Part shown: piece by piece, positions 38,476-49,691 of the stretch
How positions within the stretch are numbered: the stretch's first letter is position 1
How the letters are laid out: each line of letters begins with the position of its first letter
NCBI GenBank assembly: GCA_040437565.1
Contig: JBDOQK010000004.1
Location: 1-64,000, forward strand
From: Albugo candida
Taxonomy: Eukaryota
Length of the DNA stretch: 64,000 nt
Direction of reading: 5' to 3'
Notes under the pieces: generated by a model
Seen by the model: the letters and a program-made list of their open reading frames with translations, nothing else
What the model was told of the DNA's origin: nothing
Database searches by the model: none
Made by a program: the position numbers and the translations under genes

Positions 38476-39983
38476 TCAATTTTCTTCAAAACGGTCTTTT
38501 GACTCACTTGTCACAAATATCTCAATACGATCCACCAATTCTGCTTTTCGTCCTGATGTCGGTTGGCTGTGGAAGCGGAGAAATGCCTGCAACTCTTTGA
38601 CAGTTTGTCTTCCAGTCGTATTCTTCTCCACCATTTCTCGCCATTTCCCCAAATCGAACATCTGAGAGGGTGACAAATCGCTTTGTGTATCAATTGAATC
38701 GATTCGTTTGGCGCGTTTTATGGGCTTCTCCTTCATCCTCGACGCCGACTTGGACTATAAAGCTTGTGATGACAAGTCTCGGGAACGTGTATGTCGTACC
38801 TTTCGTTTGGTCTCCGCAGTGTCTGACATTGCTCCAAAGGCTTCTTTGAATCTCTCAATTGCGTCCTTCACAGAACAGCAGCCTCAGCAACACGTGAGCC
38901 TTACATTAAAGTCAACCTGGACGTCCTCTTGAGCAAATCCTGCTGCATCGGGTAAGGTGGAGTCGTGAGCTTCATCGTATTCCAGCTCTTCTTCATTCAA
39001 TGCAAGTGCCTGAATGCTTGCATAATGCTTCTGAAGCTCTATGTACACATTCAGCAGGACGCAACATACTCCCAAAGAGCGATACTCGACCTGGATTCTC
39101 GAATCTCGGCACATCTGCAAGCTCAAGCTTTTCGATCATCGTCATGGCCAAATTCACAGCTTCTTTATCAACTACGAAGAACTGAACAGAGCTCCAAGAA
39201 GATAAAAGTATGACCAACCGGTTGGAATCTCGTGATTGTCCACGCGTATGTCTCGAATATCGTCGAGATACGGAAGGAAGATCACGTGGAAGCCTGTAGG
39301 TCTGATCTGCCCCAACTCATCGTTCTCCTCGCGCTGGGGCAGGAGTGCGACATAGCGAGGCTCACTATACTTTCTTGCAATCATTCGCGCCAAACCATAC
39401 ATTTTCTTCTTTTCCATAGCCAAAAGCAAAGCAATCAATGCCTTGGTACTTCCCTCAATGAAAGCATCGCATGGAAATATGAAATACGGAGATCGAATAT
39501 TATCACAATCACGAAGAGAGTCAATCGACTGGAAGCAGATGAGCTCGAAACTGGGCGTTCCGGCGAATTTCATCTCCATCACATCGTCTTTGGAAAAGTA
39601 GACCCGAGTGCCTCCGTATGCGTAATATCGTTTGATCTGCTCTGGAGTGAGATACGCGCCAGTATCCTCACAGAGCCATTTCGTCTCTGCGACGAGAGGT
39701 CGATTGGTTGTGGCATTGAGAAATATTGGCGTGCTTTTGTGCTGAACGATTGCTAAAGCGTATACTTCGACGCCGATGGAAATTGAGTGTGTGAGGCGTA
39801 ACGGGAGGATTGCGAGTCGACGTTTCCGAAANNNNNNNNNNNNNNNNNNNNNNNNNNNNNNNNNNNNNNNNNNNNNNNNNNNNNNNNNNNNNNNNNNNNN
39901 NNNNNNNNNNNNNNNNNNNNNNNNNNNNNNNATTCTTGAGTTGTCTCATTTTCTTCCGATTCAGTTTCATTCCAAACATCCAT
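38476..39983 (-). CDS. XRCC6: Ku70, vWA domain missing in gap 39832-39931
   Basis: Core FRKRRLAILPL...YGGTRVYFS, PYFIFP..GS..ALIALL, PRYVALLPQ, GFHVIFLPYLDDIR, FENPELQKHY; C-terminal SAP TVKELQAFL...SGRKAELVDRI. Confidence 0.93.
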
Positions 39984-40356
39984 CGAGAGCGTGCGTTTTT
40001 ATTACCCAATATGATTGGAGAGTATAGTATCAGCCAATCAAAAGCGCTAAGATATCTCCTTAGCAAAAAGGCGTCATGTAGTCGCACACATTCAAGTCGA
40101 CGTATCTATGGTATGCGTTTTCGTAGACGAACCAACAGCCGCCAAAATAGTATGACATCTTGCGTGCGATGTGATATGTGCGTCCCGCACTTATAACGTC
40201 TCGACGCAGAATCCGGAGCGAAATCGGTCGTAACGGCTCAATTAAAACGTCATCAGTCGGACCGATCAGACGTTTAACATCATCTTAACTACATCCCGTT
40301 CCAGTGAATAAACATTGCACATCTCAACACTTTCGACATACAAACTTGCAATATAA

Positions 40357-41195
40357 ATGTCAGACCAAAACGTTCTCGTTTTGCGTTCCATGTTCCCGAC
40401 GTGGGACTTGAATGCGCTGAATGATGTGCTTCACGCTAATCGAGACCACCTCGACAGAACAATCGATGCGATTTTATCCTTAACACATTCTTCCGACACC
40501 AAAGCGGCGCAACTCGTCTTACCGGAGGATTTTCTACGACTCCCAGAGCTCGAGAACCCTGCGCACAAGTATGCACCCACAGCTGCGCAGATGGAGCAGG
40601 ACGCGATGCTCGCTCGAATGCTGCAAACAGAGTATTTTGCGCGACAGTTGCTGTCAGACGACAGATTGATGTTTGAACGAAGCACTTTGGGTTTGCAGAA
40701 AGAGGAGAATGACATTTCTACCACAGAAGCGGCTTCCAAGGCGTATATAACCGCAAGGAAACGGATTTCTTCCGTGAGCGAAGGTATGAATGATTGCGGA
40801 CAATTGGAGCGAATTGCTGACTGCACAGTGCTATGTAGCTGCCAAAAGCAAAATGCATGAGTTATATCTTCGATTTCAGACGCGGAATGACGCACGAAGC
40901 CGCAGTGACCCGTACAGGTTGGTCGATCATTTTGATGTACCGTTTGATATGCTCAATTTTGTGCAGCCATCGCCCTTTAGTGGCCGCGGACTCGGATTCA
41001 GACGATGAATATGGTGGAGTTGGCTGTGCAAGTCGACGTGAGAGCGAAGTGCATCTCCGACCGGCGCAATACACGTTTGACAGAGCGAGTTCAGAGACGC
41101 GTGGAAAACCTATTGAGAGCCGATTTGGACAACCTCCACTTCCGAAATATGACGCAGGAAGTGTCAACCGTAGTGGAAGACAAAGGAGTGTTTAG
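40357..41195 (+). CDS. CUE-domain ubiquitin-binding protein, multi-exon
   Basis: LRSMFPTWDLNALNDVLHANRDHLDRTIDAILSL (CUE MFP motif); QMEQDAMLARMLQ UIM-like segment. Confidence 0.8.
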
Positions 41196-41215
41196 CAAAT
41201 TATCGCATTTGACAC

Positions 41216-42360
41216 CTACAAATATTGATGGAAATCAATGCTGTCCGAACGTTGCCAGTCGCTGACTGAGTGGAGATTCTGATTCTCGGTCGTATTTCCG
41301 CAGATTTCATCTTCAAAATCCTCGAGCATCTCATCAGCAGCAGAAGTTTGCGTCCCCGTCATGTGTTGTCCCGTCATTTGTTGCTCTTCTTCCGTATGTT
41401 GTGGCCTCATTATGCGCATTTCTACAGACTTTTCGCCAATAAAGTAACCCTATGGAGAGACACATCGCATCCATTAATGGCATCATCATCAAACATGAAG
41501 ATATGTTCACGTCAAAGCAACGAAACAAACTTGCTGCTTCCATTGCAAAATTGTCGAAGTTGCAAATGGCCCATGAATTTCTCCATTTTCGAGACCTTTG
41601 TACTCCCACATGACTTCAGATGGAGCTTTATTGGCTGACGCTGTCGACACTGCATCTCCTCCTTTGGCTTCCAACGTGTCGTTCCGAGCAACAGAGTTTT
41701 CGGCTTCGATGAATTCTTCTTGGAGCTGACTGTACGTGTCGACATAACCGTGTGTCATCAACAAAGCAGCGGCCTCAGTGATTAGATCGAATTGCCGTTT
41801 CTCCTCTTCCGTCTGTGGTACCGGCTCGTGTATCTTCGTATCCTTTCCAGCATCAGAACGCTGACGCTTTCTTAAAGGACGTTTTGGTCGTTTTGTACCT
41901 TCAAGAAACATTAGATGGCAACAAACATACAACAATGCCACCTACCTAGACGTCGTAATGCATTTAAGACGTTTTCACCGGGCTCAAGCAATTGACCTAG
42001 AAGCTCCTTTGCTTTGACTATAGTAAGTGTCTCCTCTGTTTCTTCCCGTGCATTTATACGAAGATGAGCTTTACGCGCACGCTCCACCTGTTCCTCTGTG
42101 TACCCTTCCATCCAAGCGTCTTCTTGCACATTTTTCTCTTCCTTATTCCACACAAAATGACCATTTTCATCAAATCTTCCATCATCCTTTTCGTCCTTCA
42201 TATCGAATGATGTGAATCCAATAGCAGTACCTTTCTGCGCTTCGATCACTGTATTTCCATGAGGCCTATCAGATCCGTCTTCACCTTGCTTCTGCTCCTC
42301 TTGGTCGCTCATTTCTTGTAGAGAAGTATTCGATTTAGTATCAAATCTCACCATTTTCAT
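41216..42360 (-). CDS. CD2BP2: CD2BP2/LIN1 (U5-52K) GYF-domain protein
   Basis: FDMKDEKDDGRFDENGHFV, EDAWME, PGENVLNALRRLG, FDLITEAA and WEYK...IHGPF...WKQQ|GYF. Confidence 0.88.
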
Positions 42361-42419
42361 GGGACCGGCCAATAATTCTACATCCGAGCAACATTACACA
42401 CACAAAATCATAATTCGAT

Positions 42420-43110
42420 TGGTTGATCAGAAGTCGAGTCAACATTCAGAACACATAACGCAGAAAGAGAGCGAAGTCAAAGATTGTTGTGATAAGAAGA
42501 CTGGACTATATGGTCTACCAAATCACTAAGAGCAGCTGGTCAGAGTAAGCGAGGCTAAGGAGTTGTCACATCAGCCTGGATCTTGGGTCAGCTTCCTCGT
42601 CATGTCAGAGCTCGTTGTGTTGATAGTCGAAGGACCATTCACAAAATCTCACATAATCCCACCTTCCTTTACAACTTGATGGATGGGTGCAGCTCAAGTC
42701 TATAAGCCTTCTGAATGAGAAAAGCATCAATACATGCATGAGATATGATTTTCCATGCGATATTATCGATCGCGTGTGGGTACAGTGACATGTTGGATTG
42801 GGATGCTATCTCAGCCTTTGTCGTCAAAGAAATCTTCCTCTTCTGCAACTCATCTATATAGCTATTCCACAAAATTGCAGTGTTCTCTGTTTGCTTTCTT
42901 TCTTCTCTTCAATTGCTGGTAGCTCTGGCGAAGCAATATATGTCGATAATCAAACCACTGCGTTGATTGCGTTCCAAAGCCATTGATTCTCGCATTGCCC
43001 ATAACAGCTGTTCTATATGAGAAACTATCCTCAAACATCATCCATCGCTAATAGAATAACTTGCATGGCCGTTATGCATTTCTGCATGCTGCAGGAGTGA
43101 CAATTCCATG
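42420..43110 (-). CDS. Possible small spliced hypothetical gene
   Basis: Short minus-strand ORF pieces (e.g. LWNSYIDELQKRKISL) with plausible splice sites; model not resolved. Confidence 0.25.
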
Positions 43111-43383
43111 TAGGAGCAGCAGTTGAATTTTTGTGCATTTTCATTCGGTACAGGCGTATACGTATAGTTGAGTGTTATTAAGCAATTGGATTGATTAAAC
43201 AGGTCAAAGAAGTCGTAATAATAAAGTGTTAAAGTTTTCGCGTGNNNNNNNNNNNNNNNNNNNNNNNNNNNNNNNNNNNNNNNNNNNNNNNNNNNNNNNN
43301 NNNNNNNNNNNNNNNNNNNNNNNNNNNNNNNNNNNNNNNNNNNNATATTTACGTTACATATCGTAATTACACTCACTGGTCAA

Positions 43384-44263
43384 ATGGTACGAGGCTCAGT
43401 TACGTTTTCATCAAGATGATGCTGACAAGTGTGGTGTGCACGATAGGGCAAGCAGAAGACCACAAGACAGTTTGCGATTGTAAAACGCACAATAAACCCA
43501 AAAAACCCAAAAATGTGCGTGCGATTTCACTCTTTCGTACGCAATTTTTGACAAATCGTTTTGCCTCCAGCATTTCTGTACAGCGGAAAGAAGCCGAAGA
43601 GCAAGTAAAACGAAAAAAACGAGAGGCACCAAAGCAAATGTATAGCCCTATCTCCAATTCCACTATTACCAGTCATCTGAGTACCGCTGTTGTAGCGACC
43701 AAACTCCTTCGACTTTGTTTTTTGAATACAATGCCGACTTGGGTCCACCGTATCATGTCTTGATCGATACAAACTTTATCAATTTCAGCATCAAAAATAA
43801 GCTCGAACTCGTATCGGCAATGATGGATTGTCTTCTTGCAAAATGTAACCTTATTGTACTCGTGTGTATGTTAATATTAACATGTGATTTCAATCAACAA
43901 GGCATTCCGTGCATAACCGATTGTGTGATGGGCGAATTGGAAAAGCTTGGTCACAAATACCGAGTCGCATTGCGGTATGTACTGCTTCATTCGGATTATG
44001 ATAAAAACGTGATGGCGTATATGGACAATAGATTGGCCAAGGATCCTCGATTCGATCGACTCCCATGCACGCACAAAGGGACGTATGCAGATGATTGCCT
44101 GTTACAACGCGTTCAACAGCATCGATGCTATATAATCGCTACATGTGATCGCGAGCTGAAGAGAAGAGTTCGTAAAGTACCCGGTGTTCCAATCATGTAT
44201 ATTTCCAGCCGTAAGTATGCTATCGAGCGGATGCCTGAAGCCAATGCAGCCAAAGTAAAATAG
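43384..44263 (+). CDS. FCF1: rRNA-processing PIN nuclease FCF1/UTP24, multi-exon
   Basis: M|GKQKTTRQFAIVKR; LGPPYHVLIDTNFINFSIKNK; ITDCVMGELEKLG; CTHKGTYADDCL; IATCDRELKRRVRKVPGVP. Confidence 0.96.
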
Positions 44264-44342
44264 AAGTATCAACCCGCATCTCACTTGTTCCACATCTCTA
44301 AACCAGAACAATCAACCCATCGGGCAAAAGTTGTCAGATGCC

Positions 44343-45251
44343 TCAATCGTCTTCATCCTTTGCGTCCATATTCGCATCGACTTTGGCGTCTAAATTCTCT
44401 CGCTGGTCTACTTGTTTCTTGTCTTCAAACTGTACCAAAAGCTATGCGTCTGCGTCAGTTGAGATCCGCCAGGTGATCAGTTGTAGAGCGTACCGGGTAA
44501 ATCTGCTCACAGGCCGCGTGCAAATCACGTGGATCCTGGATTAAGGATGAAACCTTAACATCGGTGTCGACAATTCAATCAGGACAAACCTTTGAGCCAG
44601 TAAAGACCAGTTTTCCGCTGACAAAGACCAAAATCTTGACAGATGGATGTGCGAGACGATAGATTAGTGCGGGATACAATTCCGGCTCATACTTTGCATG
44701 AGAGAGGGAAAACCAAGCATTAGCAGTGTTGGTGTCCACAGAGTGTTTGAACATACGATGCAACGAGACGCGTGCGCGGACGCAAATTTCTCCATCAAAA
44801 TCCTAAATCCCACGTCGCAATTGCCAATAACGTTTCGTATCTTGAAATCGATCAAGTTCACGCCAGGATAATCCATTTTCTGATAGCGCAAGCGTCAGTT
44901 CGCGTATACTCACGTATAACTTGCATCCTCACCTGTATAATCTGTGTGAATTTACGTGCGGCTGTTTTGACTTCCTCTTCAGAATTCGCTCCCGTAACGA
45001 CTAGCTTCCCGTTTGAAAAAAGCATAGCTGTAGTATCAGGTGAAGGAATCTTCATGAGAATACAGTTTTTCTTCGGTACGAGTTCGGCTCTTTTCTGTGA
45101 TTTCATGAGCAAGTCGGTGAGGTCAAAGCGCATGCCGAGATTAGCCGAACAAACAAAGTTCCTTCACAGCATTTGTCATATCGATAGGTGGATCATAAGA
45201 AGAATTCTTGACTTACTTGATCTCTACGGGAGGAACGACCGACGAGGTCAT
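44343..45251 (-). CDS. Divergent TATA-binding-protein-like factor, multi-exon
   Basis: Two TBP repeats: NFVCSANLG...MLFSNGKLVVTGANSEE..AARKF and DFKIRNVIGNCDVGF...YEPELYPALIYR...LVFVSGKLVFTG; acidic tail. Confidence 0.88.
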
Positions 45252-45909
45252 TCTTGCGATTTATAGCGTCGTTCCTAATTATATGTAAATACGAACTCAA
45301 CAGTGTTATGTTTTGTTGCGATTTTGATAACGGGAAAAATAATGTTAGTAACCTTCGATAAAATCAAGTTTCCCGAAAGTATACAAAGTCCTAAACGATC
45401 TTACGGTCCGCTGTATCCATTGATGACGTTGTATAGTCACATGTCTCGTACCTGATCTGCCTAGTCTCATCTCTAGTGCTGGTTTTCAGGCGGGTTCGGG
45501 TCACGTCACGTCACACCACAGAACGTCGAAGTCGGAGAGGTTAAAGAAAAAAGACACAAAAATTACAGAAGAGTCACAAATCATTTCCTCGGATACAACT
45601 CAAGGCTTGCATCAGACCCATAATCGCCCATAATGGATTGGATGCGTAACCGAGAACAGATTTTAACAGTACACTCATCAAAACCTGTATCATCAGCAGC
45701 TGGTCAGGAAAGACCAACGTTTACTATTTCTTCCGCCGAAGAAAGTCAGAACAAATCGCAACTCTATGAGCCGAATCCTCCAAAGTTTGTCTTAATCGAC
45801 TCTAAAAATNNNNNNNNNNNNNNNNNNNNNNNNNNNNNNNNNNNNNNNNNNNNNNNNNNNNNNNNNNNNNNNNNNNNNNNNNNNNNNNNNNNNNNNNNNN
45901 NNNNNNNNN

Positions 45910-47418
45910 ATGGATTGGATGCGTAACCGAGAACAGATTTTAACAGTACACTCATCAAAACCTGTATCATCAGCAGCTGGTCAGGAAAGACCAACGTTTA
46001 CTATTTCTTCCGCCGAAGAAAGTCAGAACAAATCGCAACTCTATGAGCCGAATCCTCCAAAGTTTGTCTTAATCGACTCTAAAAATCGTATTCGTGAACT
46101 GACTGAAACCAGTTCTTCTATTTCCATTCCTTCTATTGGCTCTTTTTCGGCTCCGAAAACACAGCCCATTCCGGTACCCTCTATACGGAACCTTAGCTTA
46201 GAAACGTCACAAAATCGAGGGAGCATACAAATTTCTAATTTAGAAGAAGACGATGACTCGATACATCCAACACAACGTATGTTGGAGCAGCAACTGCAGT
46301 ATCAACGTCAAGAAATGAAATACCATATCAAACCACCCAAATGCACTTTTCAAAGCTGTAATGCGCACACACCAAATACTTCAGATCAACAATTTATACA
46401 ACAAAACTGTATGCAACCACACGCAGCGACATATTCTGATTCCAAATCAGCACAAGTACGATTCAGATCTGAAACGGAATCTTGTAAGGCAAATGTGCAC
46501 GGACTAGCTGCCTCGTTACCAGCTAGATCGACACTGAGTAGTACTTTTGGCAACGATTACGTTGGAATACCGTGTAAGAATCATTTCGATAAAAACGTAT
46601 CTTTTGCATTGGGATCCAGTCCTCGATTACCGTCTTTGGATGAATTTCGTGCCGATTCAAAGTTCAGAATGGCACTCGCATCTCCTGCTATATCGTTACG
46701 GTCCGGTTTGCAGAGTTCGTACCCGCAGCTCGGATTCATTCCGCCTCAAGGAGCTGAAAGTTCGTCAAGCTCACTGGCTTCTTCCTACTCGTACCCGCAT
46801 TTGCAGTCTCCAAATTTATCTCAGACTTCATCGTCGGGTTACGTAGATACGAAACCCTCGATGGAATGTGTCATGTCGGATGAAGATGAAGTCAAAGGTG
46901 AGAGAAACATCGTGTCAGCGGCAATGTTGTTGAGTTCAAGTATGCCCGCATCAACCACAGCTATGGGTGATCCTATGGCATCGACATTACGCTCGGGTCG
47001 GGTTTGTCGACAAACAAATTGCTCCAATGTCGCACGGTCTCGTGGGTTATGTCGAACTCATGGCGGGGGAAAACGGTGCTCGCATCCACACTGTAATAAA
47101 AGCGCACAAGCAAATCGAAAGTGTATAGCGCATGGTGGGGGTACACCTTGTTCATTTCCCGATTGTGAAAAAACTGCGCAATCGCGTGGGTTGTGTAAGG
47201 CACATGGTGGTGGAGCACGTTGTAAATTTCCAAAATGTCCCAAAAGCAGTCAGTCACGAGGCTTGTGCCGTGGCCACGGCGGTGGGATTAAATGCAAAGC
47301 GGATGGGTGTGAGAAATGGGTTCAAAGAAACGGGTATTGTATAAAACATGGGCGAGAGTTTGGAATCCCCAATCCACGTGAGGCCATTAATTTGCGTGAA
47401 CGTGCCATGACCACGTAA
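45910..47418 (+). CDS. WRKY19-like zinc-finger repeat protein
   Basis: Five C-x4-C...C-x2-HG(GG) repeats at the C-terminus after a Ser-rich region; first 177 bp duplicated at 45633-45809 across a gap (promoter lies before 45633). Confidence 0.88.
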   Translation: MDWMRNREQILTVHSSKPVSSAAGQERPTFTISSAEESQNKSQLYEPNPPKFVLIDSKNRIRELTETSSSISIPSIGSFSAPKTQPIPVPSIRNLSLETSQNRGSIQISNLEEDDDSIHPTQRMLEQQLQYQRQEMKYHIKPPKCTFQSCNAHTPNTSDQQFIQQNCMQPHAATYSDSKSAQVRFRSETESCKANVHGLAASLPARSTLSSTFGNDYVGIPCKNHFDKNVSFALGSSPRLPSLDEFRADSKFRMALASPAISLRSGLQSSYPQLGFIPPQGAESSSSSLASSYSYPHLQSPNLSQTSSSGYVDTKPSMECVMSDEDEVKGERNIVSAAMLLSSSMPASTTAMGDPMASTLRSGRVCRQTNCSNVARSRGLCRTHGGGKRCSHPHCNKSAQANRKCIAHGGGTPCSFPDCEKTAQSRGLCKAHGGGARCKFPKCPKSSQSRGLCRGHGGGIKCKADGCEKWVQRNGYCIKHGREFGIPNPREAINLRERAMTT

Positions 47419-47716
47419 TCACGCTAGGTTTATTTATAGAGTTGTGGGGTTTTTATTCATGTCACGCGCTGTATTAAAGATACTAAGTAAAGAGCTGAAG
47501 TTTGAAAGCCGGTTGTTCCAAAATTGAGCATCCGTCAAGGGTAAAAACTGAGCTATTTCGATACTACATGGAAGCTCCCTAGCCATTGATTACGCTTATG
47601 ACTTTCGGAAAAATAAACCAACTCAATAGCCGGTGGCGGTCCTGATTATTTATACATGAGGCTACAAGTAAATCAAACTTTACGTTGTACATAGAAACAT
47701 CCGATAATAGACACTC

Positions 47717-49638
47717 TCAACCATGATGCGCAACGTTCAACCCATCACGCGTGCGTAACGCAACCAACTCTGCTTCCAGTTTCTCTCTTTGCTTCTTCCT
47801 TTCCGCTAGACAAAGATTTGCAGTCTCTAGCTCATTCGCCATCACTCGCATCTGTTTAGTCGCGTGTACTACCTTATCGCGTTCAATTGACAGCGTCACT
47901 TGCTGTTGATCTTTCAGAATTGCTGCATTCTGTTTCTCGAGCGCCAGCAGATGTTCTATCGCGGACAGGCGCTGATTCCATTTTTTCTCATTTTCAATTT
48001 GCAGCTGTTCATGCGCCTGGTCATTCGGAATCGATTGATGAAGTTTACACTCCAATTCCTGTAGCAAGTTTGTCTGATAAATTCGTTGTTGCGCTGCGTT
48101 TGTTAGTTGTTGCTCAGTGGACGCGAGTTTAGCAGCCTGTGCTACTAATTGTATCTCTTTACCCGTTAACGAAGCGCGTAAGATTGCGATTTCACGCTCA
48201 GACTCGGTTACAAGCGTTTTGTATCGGTTAATTTCAGCCGAATATTCGTCGCTTTGTGATTGAAGACAATCTCCTCGTAACTCTTCAACGTATTGTGCAG
48301 CCATTTTTTTAGCCAATCGATCGTTTTCTTGCGTTAATGCTGCAACCTGTCGTTCCAGTTTTTCTTGGTGTATCGCACTCTTATCGAGTGTCTTCTTTTC
48401 AAGTTCAAGTTTCGCAATCCACCCGTCCTCACTCTTTTTGTGCGATAACAAAATCTCTTTTTCCCTCTTTTTCCAAGCCGTTTCGTATTTCGTTTCCTCA
48501 AGAGTTTGTTTTTTGAGTGTTTCAACTCGATACTCATCTTTAGCGAGGTCGAGTTGCACTCTCAATGTCTGAGTCTGTTGCATGAAATTCTCTTTTTCAC
48601 TTTGAAGGACATTTATCCGCTCTTGCAAGTTCTGGCAACGTTCTGACCAGTACGTATCAGCCTCTTGCTTCTGTTTCTGCAAATGGACATTCTCCTGTCT
48701 TAAGGATGCAACAAGAAATGCACGTTCCTCCACAATGAGTTCCATAGAACTCATTTGCTCTTTGAGTTTCAGAGATTCCTGAGGACGTAAAGTCGAGTCT
48801 TGAGGCACCAAGGACCTCAACTCCCTCTCAGGTCTTTTGCATCGCTCCACAAGATCCCTTAAGAGCACCACTTGCTCCTTCAGCGTGTCCATCTCATTAA
48901 GTTTCTGTATCATGTCGCTTTCCATTCGCTCTCTGTCAAAGACGGCAGCACTCATTTTCCTCCGACAAGTCTGAGGAACAAAGTTATATGGCGACCAAAG
49001 AAGAGCATCCACCGACCTCTGCAGTCTCCAATAGCAACAGAATCGATCGGCAGTACACACTCGATGTCCCAGTATCGTCCAAGTTGATTGAATTCGTCTC
49101 ATTCGAACGCTTTTGGAAGCTCCTCAACATTCGAGAGAGTGCTCTTCCGAGTAAATCCTCCAGCTCCATTTCCAGGCTCTTACCGATCAATCAGACACGC
49201 CAACGGCACAAACACAAGGCTACTGACCTTATCGGAGTCTGTCTCTGAAGCGTAGACGCATCGTGTCAGTGCATTTTCAATGTGCAATAGAGACATATCC
49301 TCAGTCTTCTCTTTCGACGCTCGTATCTTCTGCACGCTTTTCACATGACAATGGACTTGATTCCCGCCAGAGAGAGCATTCATTCTACTCCAATATCGAC
49401 CAAGAGCGAGAATATCGTGCTTCATCATTGCAATGTATCGATCGTTCGAGCGACCCGATCCATTCTGTCGTTCCAAACTCTCAGGCTCTCCATAAAGCTT
49501 CTCTCGCGGATATGTCACCGGCTACAGAAAGCTGTCAGCAATACACAATCTGACTTTTATACGCACGCTCGTACATACTTTACGCAAATCCGCGGATCGA
49601 CGCAATTGGTTTGCAGACTGTGGACGCCCATGCTCCAT
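47717..49638 (-). CDS. Coiled-coil protein, multi-exon
   Basis: ATG 49638 (MEHGRPQS...LRK) splices into the 49180-49518 frame, then 48984-49190 and the long E/K/Q/L-rich exon ending at 47717. Confidence 0.7.
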
Positions 49639-49691
49639 CGTATCGTTACGAGCTCTGCTATTTTAAGGCCTTATAAAGGCTCCACAGAATA

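Noticed and set aside
14147-39983. DNA repair/meiosis cluster (XPF, HEI10, Ku70)
   Set aside because: Separated by many unrelated genes; expected by chance at this density
45633-46086. Duplicated N-terminus of the Zn-finger gene
   Set aside because: Identical 177 bp either side of a gap
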